Assembly (NCBI GenBank): GCA_964012805.1
Contig: CAXGUD010000019.1
Coordinates: forward strand, 1 to 64,000
DNA: 64,000 bases
Reading direction: 5' to 3'
DNA from: an uncultured Bacteriovoracaceae bacterium
GTDB lineage: Bacteria > Bdellovibrionota > Bacteriovoracia > Bacteriovoracales > Bacteriovoracaceae
A model generated the notes under the pieces. It saw only the letters and a program-made list of their open reading frames with translations. It was not told the origin of the DNA and did no database searches. Both the position numbers and the translations under genes were made by a program. Numbering within the stretch: the first letter of the stretch is position 1; every line of letters begins with the position of its first letter. This document shows, one piece after another, positions 50,858-59,791 of the stretch.

Positions 50858-51646
50858 TTAAATGACCTTCGCTTCATTCCTCAGTAGGTTAACTACTTGC
50901 TGGACAGTTTCAAGCTCCTTCGATTCGTCTGACGCGTCAAAAGTTTTTCCAGGAGGCTTTTCTGGTGGTAAATGGAAATTTGAGTAATGGACTCTTCTGT
51001 CTTCGGCTTGGACTCCAACATCACTCAATGAATATTTGGTAAGAGGCTTTCTTTTTGCTTTCATAATGCCTGGAAGTGAAGCATATCGAGGAGTGTTTAA
51101 GCCTTTGTTGCATGCTATAAGAACAGGTTGTTCCGCCTCATAAACTTCTAAAGCCCCACCTTCAACTTCTCGTTTTAAGACTAGTTTACCATCTCTTTGT
51201 TCAAATCCTACAACGACTGAGACAGAAGGGATGTTCATCATTTGAGCAAGGAGTTGTGGAACTTGTAGGCAGTCATCATCAATAGCTTGCTTCCCAGTGA
51301 AAATAAGATCTGCTGATTTACCAGATTTATCGATAGAACCTTTAAGAGCTTTTGCAGTCATGTAAGAATCGAGATTATCTTCAGCTTCTACTAAAATTGC
51401 ATCATCTGCACCCATAGCAAGAGCTGTTCTCAGAGCTTCTGTGTCATGGACCTTTCCAACTCTCATCACTGTTACTGTCGAGCCAGGGTTGGCTGCTTTG
51501 ACTTGGAGCGCTTGTTCAACAGCAAATTCATCGTAAGGGTTCATAATCCACTTTATTGAACTTGTTTCAATGAAATTGCTATCTTGATTGGGTACAATTT
51601 TTGTTTCGGTATCTGGAACTTGTTTAATGCAAACTAAAATATTCAT
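50858..51646 (-). CDS. etfB: Electron transfer flavoprotein beta subunit
   Basis: VCIKQVPD, NPYDEFAVE, ALAMGAD, GKQAIDDD, PRYASLPGIM. Confidence 0.97.
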   Translation of the reverse strand: MNILVCIKQVPDTETKIVPNQDSNFIETSSIKWIMNPYDEFAVEQALQVKAANPGSTVTVMRVGKVHDTEALRTALAMGADDAILVEAEDNLDSYMTAKALKGSIDKSGKSADLIFTGKQAIDDDCLQVPQLLAQMMNIPSVSVVVGFEQRDGKLVLKREVEGGALEVYEAEQPVLIACNKGLNTPRYASLPGIMKAKRKPLTKYSLSDVGVQAEDRRVHYSNFHLPPEKPPGKTFDASDESKELETVQQVVNLLRNEAKVI

Positions 51647-51786
51647 AACACTCTCCTCTAAGAAAATTTAAAAGAAGGGTCAGATAAGATTTATCTCATC
51701 TACAATTATTAGAGTATAGTGTTACTCCGAAAAAATTTGTAGTGCAATAATTAAGTTATAAAATTCGGGAAGTTATTCTTGTAAAA

Positions 51787-52245
51787 CTATAGAGGAGTAG
51801 CTGTAGGAGGAATACAGCTGGGAAATGTAAAAGATTTATCTAACTCTTTATAGAAATTTAGTTCTTTTAATGGAAGCAGGACAAAACTTCTTTCAAAGAG
51901 TCTAGGGTGTGGGACTGTTAATATAGGTGTGCTTAGCTTGTCCAACCCGATAAATAAGATATCTAGATCTATAACCCGTGGACCTTTATCAATATATTTT
52001 TTTCTACCAAGCTCAATTTCAAGTTTAATGAGTAGCCTCATAATGGAGTTAGGGCTTAGATTGGGTTTTTTAAATTCTAAAACTTGGTTAAGAAAAGAGG
52101 GTTGGCTAGTGTAGTCAACTGCTTTTGATTTATAAATCCGACTTTCTGAAATAATTTCAAAATGTTTAAGCAAGGCAGCCTTCCCACTACTTAAGTTTTC
52201 TAATTTATTTCCAATATTTGAACCCGTAGCAATAATGAGAGACAT
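51787..52245 (-). CDS. folK: 2-amino-4-hydroxy-6-hydroxymethyldihydropteridine pyrophosphokinase
   Basis: GSNIG, FLNQV, GPRVIDLDIL, PHPRLFERSFVL. Confidence 0.96.
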   Translation of the reverse strand: MSLIIATGSNIGNKLENLSSGKAALLKHFEIISESRIYKSKAVDYTSQPSFLNQVLEFKKPNLSPNSIMRLLIKLEIELGRKKYIDKGPRVIDLDILFIGLDKLSTPILTVPHPRLFERSFVLLPLKELNFYKELDKSFTFPSCIPPTATPL

Positions 52246-52259
52246 CAGATAAATGCCTT

Positions 52260-52421
52260 TTAATTATCAAGCTTTTCTTGCTTGGTTGTTTTTTTTTTGT
52301 TTTCTTCAAGTAGCTCTTGTATTAGCGACGGAGGAGGCTCTTTTGTGGGTGAGGTTGGATTTGATTTCACTCCACACCCGGCAATGAAAATTATTATTAT
52401 AAAGCAAATTCTAAAATTCAA
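52260..52421 (-). CDS. Small lipoprotein (53 aa, not in ORF track)
   Basis: Own translation MNFRICFIIIIFIAGCGVKSNPTSPTKEPPPSLIQELLEENKKKTTKQEKLDN; lipobox IAGC; TTG start overlaps the upstream gene stop. Confidence 0.75.
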   Translation of the reverse strand: MNFRICFIIIIFIAGCGVKSNPTSPTKEPPPSLIQELLEENKKKTTKQEKLDN

Positions 52422-53442
52422 GTCCAAAACCTATTGAGTAAAAATCAGTTCCTACGTCTATTCTGGTGAACCAGCCTGGTACAAGGCTTTTTAGAATAGA
52501 TGCACCAAAAATGAAAGCTTTCTTTCTCAATGAATTCATTAACCTTGTTTCAGCGTCAATGTCTTGTTGAGTCATACCCGTAGAGTATACACCTTCTCCA
52601 GGACTAGATGCTTGCAACATTTGATACCCAACATAAGGAAAGAGAATTGAATTCATTGGTGCAATAAAGGCATATTTAGCTTTTAAAACGATGTTGGATA
52701 GTTTTGTATCAAGACCTAATGCAGGGAAGTCTCTAATAATATTTTGACCATATGAAGCTTCGATAAAAATGTTGTCTTGCAATTGGTAAGTCCAGTGAGC
52801 ACTTAATTGACTATACTCAACTGGATTACCTGAGGTGTTAACACCTGGAACCCTACCTATGTGTAAAGAAATAAAGTTGTCAGATTTAATTTTTCTTTTT
52901 TTATCTATATCGTCGAACTCTTTCTCTTCATCCAAGATAACAGTTTCGTTAAAGAGGTCGTCTGTTCCCTTAATAAGCGATTCAGATTTATTTTTCTTTT
53001 GTTTGTTTTTTTTGCTAAGGGCTAGTTGCGTGAGGTAATAGCTATCATCGCCTTTTAATAATTCTAATTCCCGTTGAGGCTCGAGTCTTTTCCATAATTT
53101 TGGTTCATAAATTTTGATGATTTTTATTCCTGCCAACTGTCTTTTTGTTTTTCCAACCAAGCCTCTGGCGACAAGCTTTTTGTTTAATATGAGGGAAATG
53201 AAATCTCCAGGCATAAGTGAGCTATTTTGATTAGAGATTAGGAAGATTTTTTTGTTTGGAGATGTTTTTTTTATTTTTTCAGAGCTTGTTTTTGGAGCGG
53301 CTAAGTGCGGTAGCGTTGTTTCAAGTGAGGTGGTGTTTGACGTGTTATTTTCTAAAAATGCAAACTCGTCAACTTCTTGAGAAAATAAATATGCTGTAAA
53401 CGTACAAAAAAAAAATATTGTTAGTCTTGTTAAGTATTTCAT
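52411..53442 (-). CDS. Hypothetical exported protein with C-terminal small beta-barrel
   Basis: Signal peptide; FPYVGY strand; ends YSIGFGLEF. Confidence 0.7.
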   Translation of the reverse strand: MKYLTRLTIFFFCTFTAYLFSQEVDEFAFLENNTSNTTSLETTLPHLAAPKTSSEKIKKTSPNKKIFLISNQNSSLMPGDFISLILNKKLVARGLVGKTKRQLAGIKIIKIYEPKLWKRLEPQRELELLKGDDSYYLTQLALSKKNKQKKNKSESLIKGTDDLFNETVILDEEKEFDDIDKKRKIKSDNFISLHIGRVPGVNTSGNPVEYSQLSAHWTYQLQDNIFIEASYGQNIIRDFPALGLDTKLSNIVLKAKYAFIAPMNSILFPYVGYQMLQASSPGEGVYSTGMTQQDIDAETRLMNSLRKKAFIFGASILKSLVPGWFTRIDVGTDFYSIGFGLEF

Positions 53443-53522
53443 AAATCAATTGTATAAGTTCCCAGCAACATGGGTCATGAGAAAAAACTGCCTAATTGAC
53501 AAGTGGTGTAGGTTAAGTCTTG

Positions 53523-53551
53523 TTGACCTTGGTGAGTATTTTGGTTACCTT
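53523..53551 (+). promoter_or_regulatory. Putative sigma70 promoter for the deoxynucleoside kinase gene
   Basis: TTGACC, 17 bp spacer, TACCTT. Confidence 0.45.
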
Positions 53552-53609
53552 TACTTAAAATTTTTTTAACAAGAAGCCTTCTTTAGTTGGCTGTTTTTGG
53601 GGAGCATTT

Positions 53610-54299
53610 ATGCAACAGGGATTTGAGGAATCTGGTAATATGAATAAAATCCAACCTACCCAGAAAATGTTTGTTGCTGTCGCAGGAAACATTGGGTCCG
53701 GCAAAACAACCCTGACTAAAAAACTGTCTCAAAGACTAAATTGGAAACCACAATACGAGCCTGTAGATAACAATCCTTATTTAGCTGACTTTTATAAGGA
53801 CATGTCGAGATGGTCTTTTGAGCTACAGGTTTATTTCCTTACTCACCGGTTCAACTCACATAGGTTAATTGAGTGTTCAAACTTTAGTGCCATTCAGGAC
53901 CGCTCAATTTATGAAGATGCTTATATTTTTGCTAGAAGCCTCTTTGAGAAAGGGCATATGAGTAAAAGAGAATATGAAAATTACTATAGGCTTTTTATGA
54001 CGATGACTCAGTTTATGGGATCACCAACACTAATGATTTTCTTAAAGCGTTCTGTGCATAAACTAATGGAAAGAATCAGAGAGCGTGGAAGAGAGTGTGA
54101 GAAGGAAATATCTACGGATTATATTTCTCAACTAAATGAGTATTACCATGACTGGTATGAAACTTACAATCTTGGTAAGGCCATCATAGTTGATACAGAT
54201 GACTTAGACTTTTTGAACAATGAAGATCAATTCGAACGTCTTGTTCAGAAAATTCAAGATAGCATGGAGCAACAAGAACTTTTTTATTCTTATCATTAG
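53610..54299 (+). CDS. Deoxynucleoside kinase (dAK/dCK/dGK family)
   Basis: AGNIGSGKTT, EPVDNNPYLADFY, QDRSIYED, RIRERGR.CE. Confidence 0.95.
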   Translation: MQQGFEESGNMNKIQPTQKMFVAVAGNIGSGKTTLTKKLSQRLNWKPQYEPVDNNPYLADFYKDMSRWSFELQVYFLTHRFNSHRLIECSNFSAIQDRSIYEDAYIFARSLFEKGHMSKREYENYYRLFMTMTQFMGSPTLMIFLKRSVHKLMERIRERGRECEKEISTDYISQLNEYYHDWYETYNLGKAIIVDTDDLDFLNNEDQFERLVQKIQDSMEQQELFYSYH

Positions 54300-54371
54300 A
54301 TTATTTCAACTTAACTCTAAATAAATCTTAATTTTTTTGAAAAAGCACCGAAGCCCTAAAAAGGTAATAGT

Positions 54372-55079
54372 ATGGTTAAGGGGGCTTTGATGAAAAAAAT
54401 TGGAATTGTTTATTTTGTGCTAATTTCACTTTTGGCGGTTTCCTGTTCAAAAAGTTCCAAGAAGTCAGACCCAGAAAAATCCACAGAAAGTGTTGCAAAA
54501 ACAGAGGACTCAAAAGAAGAAGAGTCAGATGAGCTAACCTTAAATGAGGATGACTTAGAAGAGACAAAAGAAGAAGAGTTGATTAGTGAAGATGAGCCAG
54601 AGCAAAATGATTCTGCTACAAAGGACAAAGTTCAGGATAACACCGCACCCCAGGAAACTTCCGAAGTAGCAGATGAAGGACAAAACAAAGAAATAGATTT
54701 GAACCTTTCACCTGGTGTTTACAAAGTTCAGAAGGGTGAGACTTTAATGCTAATAGCTTTCAAATTATACGGTGATTATGGTAAGTGGAAAAAAATACAA
54801 CAAAATAATCCTCAGTTAAAAGGAAAGCCACTTAGAGCAGGTATGAAAATAGCTTATGAGGCACCATCTGAAAAGTTTGACTGGAGTCCTCAGGGACTCC
54901 CTCACTTAATTAAAAGAGGTGACACTTTAGGAAAGATTTCTAAAAATAAGTATGGTACTTCAAAAAAGTGGAAAACAATTTGGGATAACAATAAGCCATT
55001 AATCAAAGATCCCAACTTGATTTTTGCAGGTTTCACTTTGTATTATGTGCCCCTGGGTAAGGAGCTCGCTTCCTGGTAG
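54372..55079 (+). CDS. Lipoprotein with acidic linker and two LysM domains
   Basis: Lipobox AVSC; YKVQKGETLMLIA..YG and HLIKRGDTLGKIS..YG..DPNLIFAG. Confidence 0.9.
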   Translation: MVKGALMKKIGIVYFVLISLLAVSCSKSSKKSDPEKSTESVAKTEDSKEEESDELTLNEDDLEETKEEELISEDEPEQNDSATKDKVQDNTAPQETSEVADEGQNKEIDLNLSPGVYKVQKGETLMLIAFKLYGDYGKWKKIQQNNPQLKGKPLRAGMKIAYEAPSEKFDWSPQGLPHLIKRGDTLGKISKNKYGTSKKWKTIWDNNKPLIKDPNLIFAGFTLYYVPLGKELASW

Positions 55080-55138
55080 TCTTGGCGGTCTGAGGAACCT
55101 TACCATAAGATAAGTTTTAAAACGATTGGCTTCATAAA

Positions 55139-55927
55139 GTGAGATATCTAACCCTCATTACAATTTTTTTTTTGATATGCAGCAGTTATTCTTGCAGCAG
55201 TTACACTATTTTCAGTCAGCCAGAAACCTCAGCCGAACAAGTTTTAGAAAAGACTTACTCCGAGGATTATGTAGAACACTTAAAATTTCAAGGGAAGACC
55301 TATCTTAAAAGCCCTGAAACTAAACTTTATAAACTTTCAAAGAAAAGTAATGCCTACTTTCAGTCTATATATAATAAAATTGTTGAAAATAATGAGCTAA
55401 TTCTTCATCAAAAAGACAATTTGGAGGTTAAAATTATCCAAAGTGAAGTCCCTTTCTATTTTTCTCTACCAGGAGCAAAATTTTTTTTTTCTAGAGGCCT
55501 TTTGAAGAATTATATAAAGAATGAAGGAGTTCTGGTCGCTTGTTTTTCTTATGAAATCTTAAAATCTCTTAGGTTGCTATACCCAAAAAAGGTCACGTTT
55601 CCAAAAGGTTATATTCGGACGGAGGAGATGTTATCTTTAACCCGACTCCCATTAAAAGCACGGATGGAATTACACAAATGGGCATTCAATATTTTAAAAA
55701 GGTCTAATTTTGACCCATATGGATACTTGATTTGGCTTCAAATACAAAATAAGAACCCATTAGATTTTTCTTTCCAACATGGTCATAATAGCAGGATGAT
55801 AAGAGAAGAGTATTCTTTAAAGAATTATATTCTTAAGGAAGTGGGTTATTTAAAAAAGAGACAGCTTGTTGAAAAAAACTCATCCCGCGAATTTTATAAT
55901 CTAATAAGAAGTTTAACAAAGAGTTAA
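55139..55927 (+). CDS. Peptidase M48-like putative lipoprotein lacking HEXXH
   Basis: PFYFSLPGAKFFFSRGLL..NEGVLVACFSYEILK aligns by eye with the M48 core; HEXXH reads YEILK. Confidence 0.6.
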   Translation: MRYLTLITIFFLICSSYSCSSYTIFSQPETSAEQVLEKTYSEDYVEHLKFQGKTYLKSPETKLYKLSKKSNAYFQSIYNKIVENNELILHQKDNLEVKIIQSEVPFYFSLPGAKFFFSRGLLKNYIKNEGVLVACFSYEILKSLRLLYPKKVTFPKGYIRTEEMLSLTRLPLKARMELHKWAFNILKRSNFDPYGYLIWLQIQNKNPLDFSFQHGHNSRMIREEYSLKNYILKEVGYLKKRQLVEKNSSREFYNLIRSLTKS

Positions 55928-55929
55928 GA

Positions 55930-56943
55930 GTGTATAATGAAAGTGTGGATATCTCTAAATTAATTGATGACCTAAATAGTTCCCTCTTTTTAAAATTGCC
56001 AAATACTAAGCCAAAAATAGTGAAAGTGGGAGGAGATGCTTCAGCCAGAAGGTATTATAGAATAAAAACAGAAGAAAACTCATATATTTTGTGTAAGGAC
56101 GAAAGCTCATCTGGCCCAGAAAATAACAGTCTTTTTTGCAATATCCAGAAAATTCTTAAATCATACAATATTCCAGTACCAGAGCTCTACGAAGCCAACT
56201 TGAATTCAAGTATGATACTAGAGCAAGATTTAGGTGATAGAACTTTGCTGAAAGTTTTACCTGATTTTCATGGAGGTAAAGAAGAGCTTGAAACATACAA
56301 ATCGATTCTCAACATAATGATTAAAATCCATACGATTGATCCAGTTAATCATGAGGAGGAAAACTTTACAAAATTGCTCTTTGATCCAGACAAGCTAATG
56401 AGTGAGGTCAGTTTTACTATAAAATACTTTTATGAGGGTTTTTTAAAGAGCTCTTTAGGAAGTGAAGTTTTAAACTACTTCAAAGATTTAACCAACTTTC
56501 TCTCTAAAGAAAAAATGGTCCCTACACATAGGGACTTCCACTCAAGAAATATTATGTGCTTTAAGGGAGAATTCTACATTATAGACTTTCAGGATATAAG
56601 AATGGGATTACCTCAATATGATCTTGTCTCACTTTTAGAGGATTGTTATTACAAAATCAGTGAAAAGAATTTAGAGAAGTTGAAAACTTATTATTATAAA
56701 AAGTTTATTCAAACTTATACGAATCAAAAAAGAGAGCACTTTGATAGGTTATACGATTTAATGACTATCCAAAGGACCTTCAAAGCTATTGGAAGTTTTT
56801 CATATCTTTTTTTAGTTAAGAAAGATCCGAGATTCTTGAAATATATTGGTTTTGGAATGGAGAAAATACGGAATAAGATTAATAAATACCCTGAGTTTTA
56901 TGGGTTAAAAAAAGAGTTATTTAAAAACTATTATGAAAATTGA
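55930..56943 (+). CDS. AmgK-like anomeric MurNAc/GlcNAc kinase (APH family)
   Basis: GDASARRYYR, EQDLGD, HRDFHSRNIM, IIDFQD, YDLVSLLED, QRTFKAIG.F. Confidence 0.88.
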   Translation: MYNESVDISKLIDDLNSSLFLKLPNTKPKIVKVGGDASARRYYRIKTEENSYILCKDESSSGPENNSLFCNIQKILKSYNIPVPELYEANLNSSMILEQDLGDRTLLKVLPDFHGGKEELETYKSILNIMIKIHTIDPVNHEEENFTKLLFDPDKLMSEVSFTIKYFYEGFLKSSLGSEVLNYFKDLTNFLSKEKMVPTHRDFHSRNIMCFKGEFYIIDFQDIRMGLPQYDLVSLLEDCYYKISEKNLEKLKTYYYKKFIQTYTNQKREHFDRLYDLMTIQRTFKAIGSFSYLFLVKKDPRFLKYIGFGMEKIRNKINKYPEFYGLKKELFKNYYEN

Positions 56944-57892
56944 TTATTGCTTAATTTTGTCAGCAGGCTTAGGAACTCGTATGGGTGATATTGGAAAAAT
57001 ATTACCTAAGCCTATTTGGCCCATTTTTGAGTGCTCTATGCTGGAGCTTCAGTATCTTTGGGCCAAAAAAATGGGGTGTAAAAAAGTTTTTATAAATACT
57101 CACCACCTTCACAAAAAAGTACAGAACTTTTTAAAGCAAAATAATAATTTAGCTATAGAGGTAGTTCATGAGGAAACTTTACTTAATACAGGAGGGGCTA
57201 TTTATAATCTCAAGAAAAGGATGAACTTAAAGAAAGGAACTATACTTGTTGTAGCAGGAGATCAATTCTACTTCTTTGAAAATAGCATTTGGAAAGGGGC
57301 TCTAGAAAAAGTAGAAAAAAGTCATGGTCTTCTATTTGGGTTGACTGTCGATGGATCTAAAAACTCTTATAATGAGTTGTGTATCGAAGATGATATTTTG
57401 ATTAAGGTTGAGAATTACTCAAAAAAGCTTCATGGTCAAAAAACTTATATAACCTATTCAGGTCTAGGTATAATAAACCTAGAGATGTTAGAAGATGGTA
57501 CAGGCTCAGTACCATTTTTTAAAAGTGTCGCGGACTTTAGAAAGAAAGATATAAATGTTGTTGTTCCAAAAAAACAGGAGTATTGGGACTTTGGCACTAG
57601 TAAGAGATACTTTGGTAGTATAAGAAATCTATTTGAAGATCTATTACTTAGAAAAGATACAGAATTTTTGAAGTTTTGCTTAAATAATGGGGTTTTCGAT
57701 CTTTCAAAGGTATCTAAAAGGTTGGAGTCTTATGGTACTTATGAAAAGGCTTCTTTTCTAAATTTTGGAAAAGTTGCTAAGTATGACTTCTTTGCGTTAA
57801 TGAGAGGAAGTCATGAGGAGTCGTTTGCTAACTTAGATAGTATAGGTCTCTACTATAGGGATATTTTCGATCATATAAAAGATGGGTTATAG
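56933..57892 (+). CDS. MurU-like nucleotidyltransferase
   Basis: LILSAGLGTRM..LPKP, INTHHL, LLNTGG, WDFGT; overlaps the amgK-like gene. Confidence 0.8.
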   Translation: MKIDYCLILSAGLGTRMGDIGKILPKPIWPIFECSMLELQYLWAKKMGCKKVFINTHHLHKKVQNFLKQNNNLAIEVVHEETLLNTGGAIYNLKKRMNLKKGTILVVAGDQFYFFENSIWKGALEKVEKSHGLLFGLTVDGSKNSYNELCIEDDILIKVENYSKKLHGQKTYITYSGLGIINLEMLEDGTGSVPFFKSVADFRKKDINVVVPKKQEYWDFGTSKRYFGSIRNLFEDLLLRKDTEFLKFCLNNGVFDLSKVSKRLESYGTYEKASFLNFGKVAKYDFFALMRGSHEESFANLDSIGLYYRDIFDHIKDGL

Positions 57893-58072
57893 TAGGTTTT
57901 TGATTTTAATACAATCGATGGGGCAAACTTCTATACAGATATGGCATAAAGTACAGGACCAGTTTTCTATGACATAGTTTTGATCAACTTTTAAAATAGA
58001 CTCTTCTGGGCAGATGATTCGACATGCGTCACATGATGTGCATAAAGAGGTTATTTCTAAATTAACAGTCAT
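57887..58072 (-). CDS. 2[4Fe-4S] ferredoxin
   Basis: CTSCDACRIICP and CTLCHICIEVCP. Confidence 0.93.
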   Translation of the reverse strand: MTVNLEITSLCTSCDACRIICPEESILKVDQNYVIENWSCTLCHICIEVCPIDCIKIKNLL

Positions 58073-58119
58073 ATAATCTGATTATAATCAGAAACGTGGA
58101 GATCTAAAGGGAAGGAAAA

Positions 58120-58857
58120 ATGGGTTTAAAAGTTCATAAGTATAGTGAAGTGACTCAAAATTTGATTATTTTTCTTTTGCTGTCTATATTTTTTTTACAC
58201 ATAAATATTTCATTTGATCGAGGCTTGTCGGCGCTTAATATAGACGCTCTTAAAGAAGTATTTTTTGAGTTTCCTATTTTAAATATTCTACTATTTGGTT
58301 CTTTTTTTTCAATAATTAGAGCAAAGAAATATTCGAAAACTCTTCTGGCACTTTTTTTTATTCATATTTCTGTTTATAGCTTTTTTCTCTTTTTTAAAAA
58401 CTTCGATAAAATTATTTTAGTATTAAACTTTTTCTATATTGTTTTTTCATTTTATTTTTATATTAATTGGTCGTTTGAATTGAAAAAGGCTGTTTATCTA
58501 CCTAGCTATACACCTTATGATATTGGAAATAAAACATATTATGATTTAAGGGGAAAAGTTGTCTCTAATAAAAGTGGCCAGAAAGTAAGTGGTTATATAG
58601 TAAACTGGGATCAAGAAGGTTGCTTTTTTTACAGCGAGGACCCAGCTCTTCAAGACTTTAGGGGAAAGTTAACAATTGAAATAGATTACGAGGGTTTAAC
58701 TTTTACCCAAAAGGCAGAAATTGTAACGAGTTACTACGGGGGAAAGGGAATAAAGTTTCTTTTGGAAGGTGACTCCAAAAAAAGTAGATATACTTGGAAT
58801 GACTTTTTTAAAATAATAGGGGATAGAGGCTTTTCACCGCTTTATTCAAGGAAATAA
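58120..58857 (+). CDS. Membrane protein with C-terminal PilZ-like domain
   Basis: About four TMs, then GYIVNWDQEGCFF..GKGIKF. Confidence 0.55.
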   Translation: MGLKVHKYSEVTQNLIIFLLLSIFFLHINISFDRGLSALNIDALKEVFFEFPILNILLFGSFFSIIRAKKYSKTLLALFFIHISVYSFFLFFKNFDKIILVLNFFYIVFSFYFYINWSFELKKAVYLPSYTPYDIGNKTYYDLRGKVVSNKSGQKVSGYIVNWDQEGCFFYSEDPALQDFRGKLTIEIDYEGLTFTQKAEIVTSYYGGKGIKFLLEGDSKKSRYTWNDFFKIIGDRGFSPLYSRK

Positions 58858-58863
58858 ATTTAG

Positions 58864-59316
58864 ATGTTTATTGGAAAAAAAGTGATATTTTTCGTAACAT
58901 TTATGGTCGTATTGAGCTCCTGTCTTGGGCCTGAAAATAACCCTGAAGTAGTATTAAGAGACTTTATCCAAAAACAATTTACCGGGAAGCTAACCAGGCA
59001 AGACGTATTAAAAAGGACAACTGGGGAGCTTTTTGAAGAATACTCCAAGATGACGGATGAAACCTTTAAAAATTTATTTCTTCAAAAAAAACTGGCCAAA
59101 AAAAAAGTTAAGATAAACTTTAAAAAGTGTAGTGACTTGAGGTGCTCAATAACTTTCTCTATATCTTATGATGTCTATGAGGATAAAAAGATTAAAAATA
59201 TGGTCGAAACAAAAAAGATAGCGTCTCTATTGAAAGATAATAAGAATACTTGGAAGATAGAAAAGATAGTAAATTTAAAGACCTACTTTGAAAATAGTCC
59301 CATAAAAATAAAGTAA
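58864..59316 (+). CDS. Hypothetical lipoprotein
   Basis: Lipobox LSSC; PEVVLRDF..WKIEKI suggests an NTF2-like fold. Confidence 0.65.
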   Translation: MFIGKKVIFFVTFMVVLSSCLGPENNPEVVLRDFIQKQFTGKLTRQDVLKRTTGELFEEYSKMTDETFKNLFLQKKLAKKKVKINFKKCSDLRCSITFSISYDVYEDKKIKNMVETKKIASLLKDNKNTWKIEKIVNLKTYFENSPIKIK

Positions 59317-59335
59317 ATCTAGGAATAGAAAAGGT

Positions 59336-59791
59336 ATGGAAAAAACGCCCTTTGAGAATAAGTTCTTTGATCAGTTGTTAGAGGAAACCTTTGACCACCA
59401 GAGCACGGAATCGCAATTTAAAAATGAAGTGAAAGGGGAGTTTTTGACACAAACAGAGCATTTCATAAAGAAAAACAAGTCCTCACAAATCATTATGAGC
59501 TACAGGCCAACAAGTGGTTGTTACAGAGTAACCCTAAGAAATAAGACAATCGACTTTCCAAAAAATTGGTCTATTTTTTCTGAGTTGTACCAGGCGAGAA
59601 ATAACCATGGAGATTTTTTTTGCTTTCTTAGGGAAGAAGATGACAAGGATTATGTACTTGAAATTCTTAGTAACCTACTGCAATCAGATCTCTACGGAGT
59701 TATCCTTGTGAAGAAAGAAGTGACTTTCATGGTCCCAGTTTTGAGATGCGAGAGCTCTTCTTATTTTATAAAGTCAGCAATTAGAGAGTAA
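59336..59791 (+). CDS. Hypothetical protein
   Basis: 151-aa ORF with AAGG RBS; no family recognised. Confidence 0.65.
   Translation: MEKTPFENKFFDQLLEETFDHQSTESQFKNEVKGEFLTQTEHFIKKNKSSQIIMSYRPTSGCYRVTLRNKTIDFPKNWSIFSELYQARNNHGDFFCFLREEDDKDYVLEILSNLLQSDLYGVILVKKEVTFMVPVLRCESSSYFIKSAIRE

Noticed and set aside
55178..55203. Short direct repeat TGCAGCAGTTA x2
   Set aside because: Two 11-bp copies encoding CSSY twice in a signal region; too small to interpret
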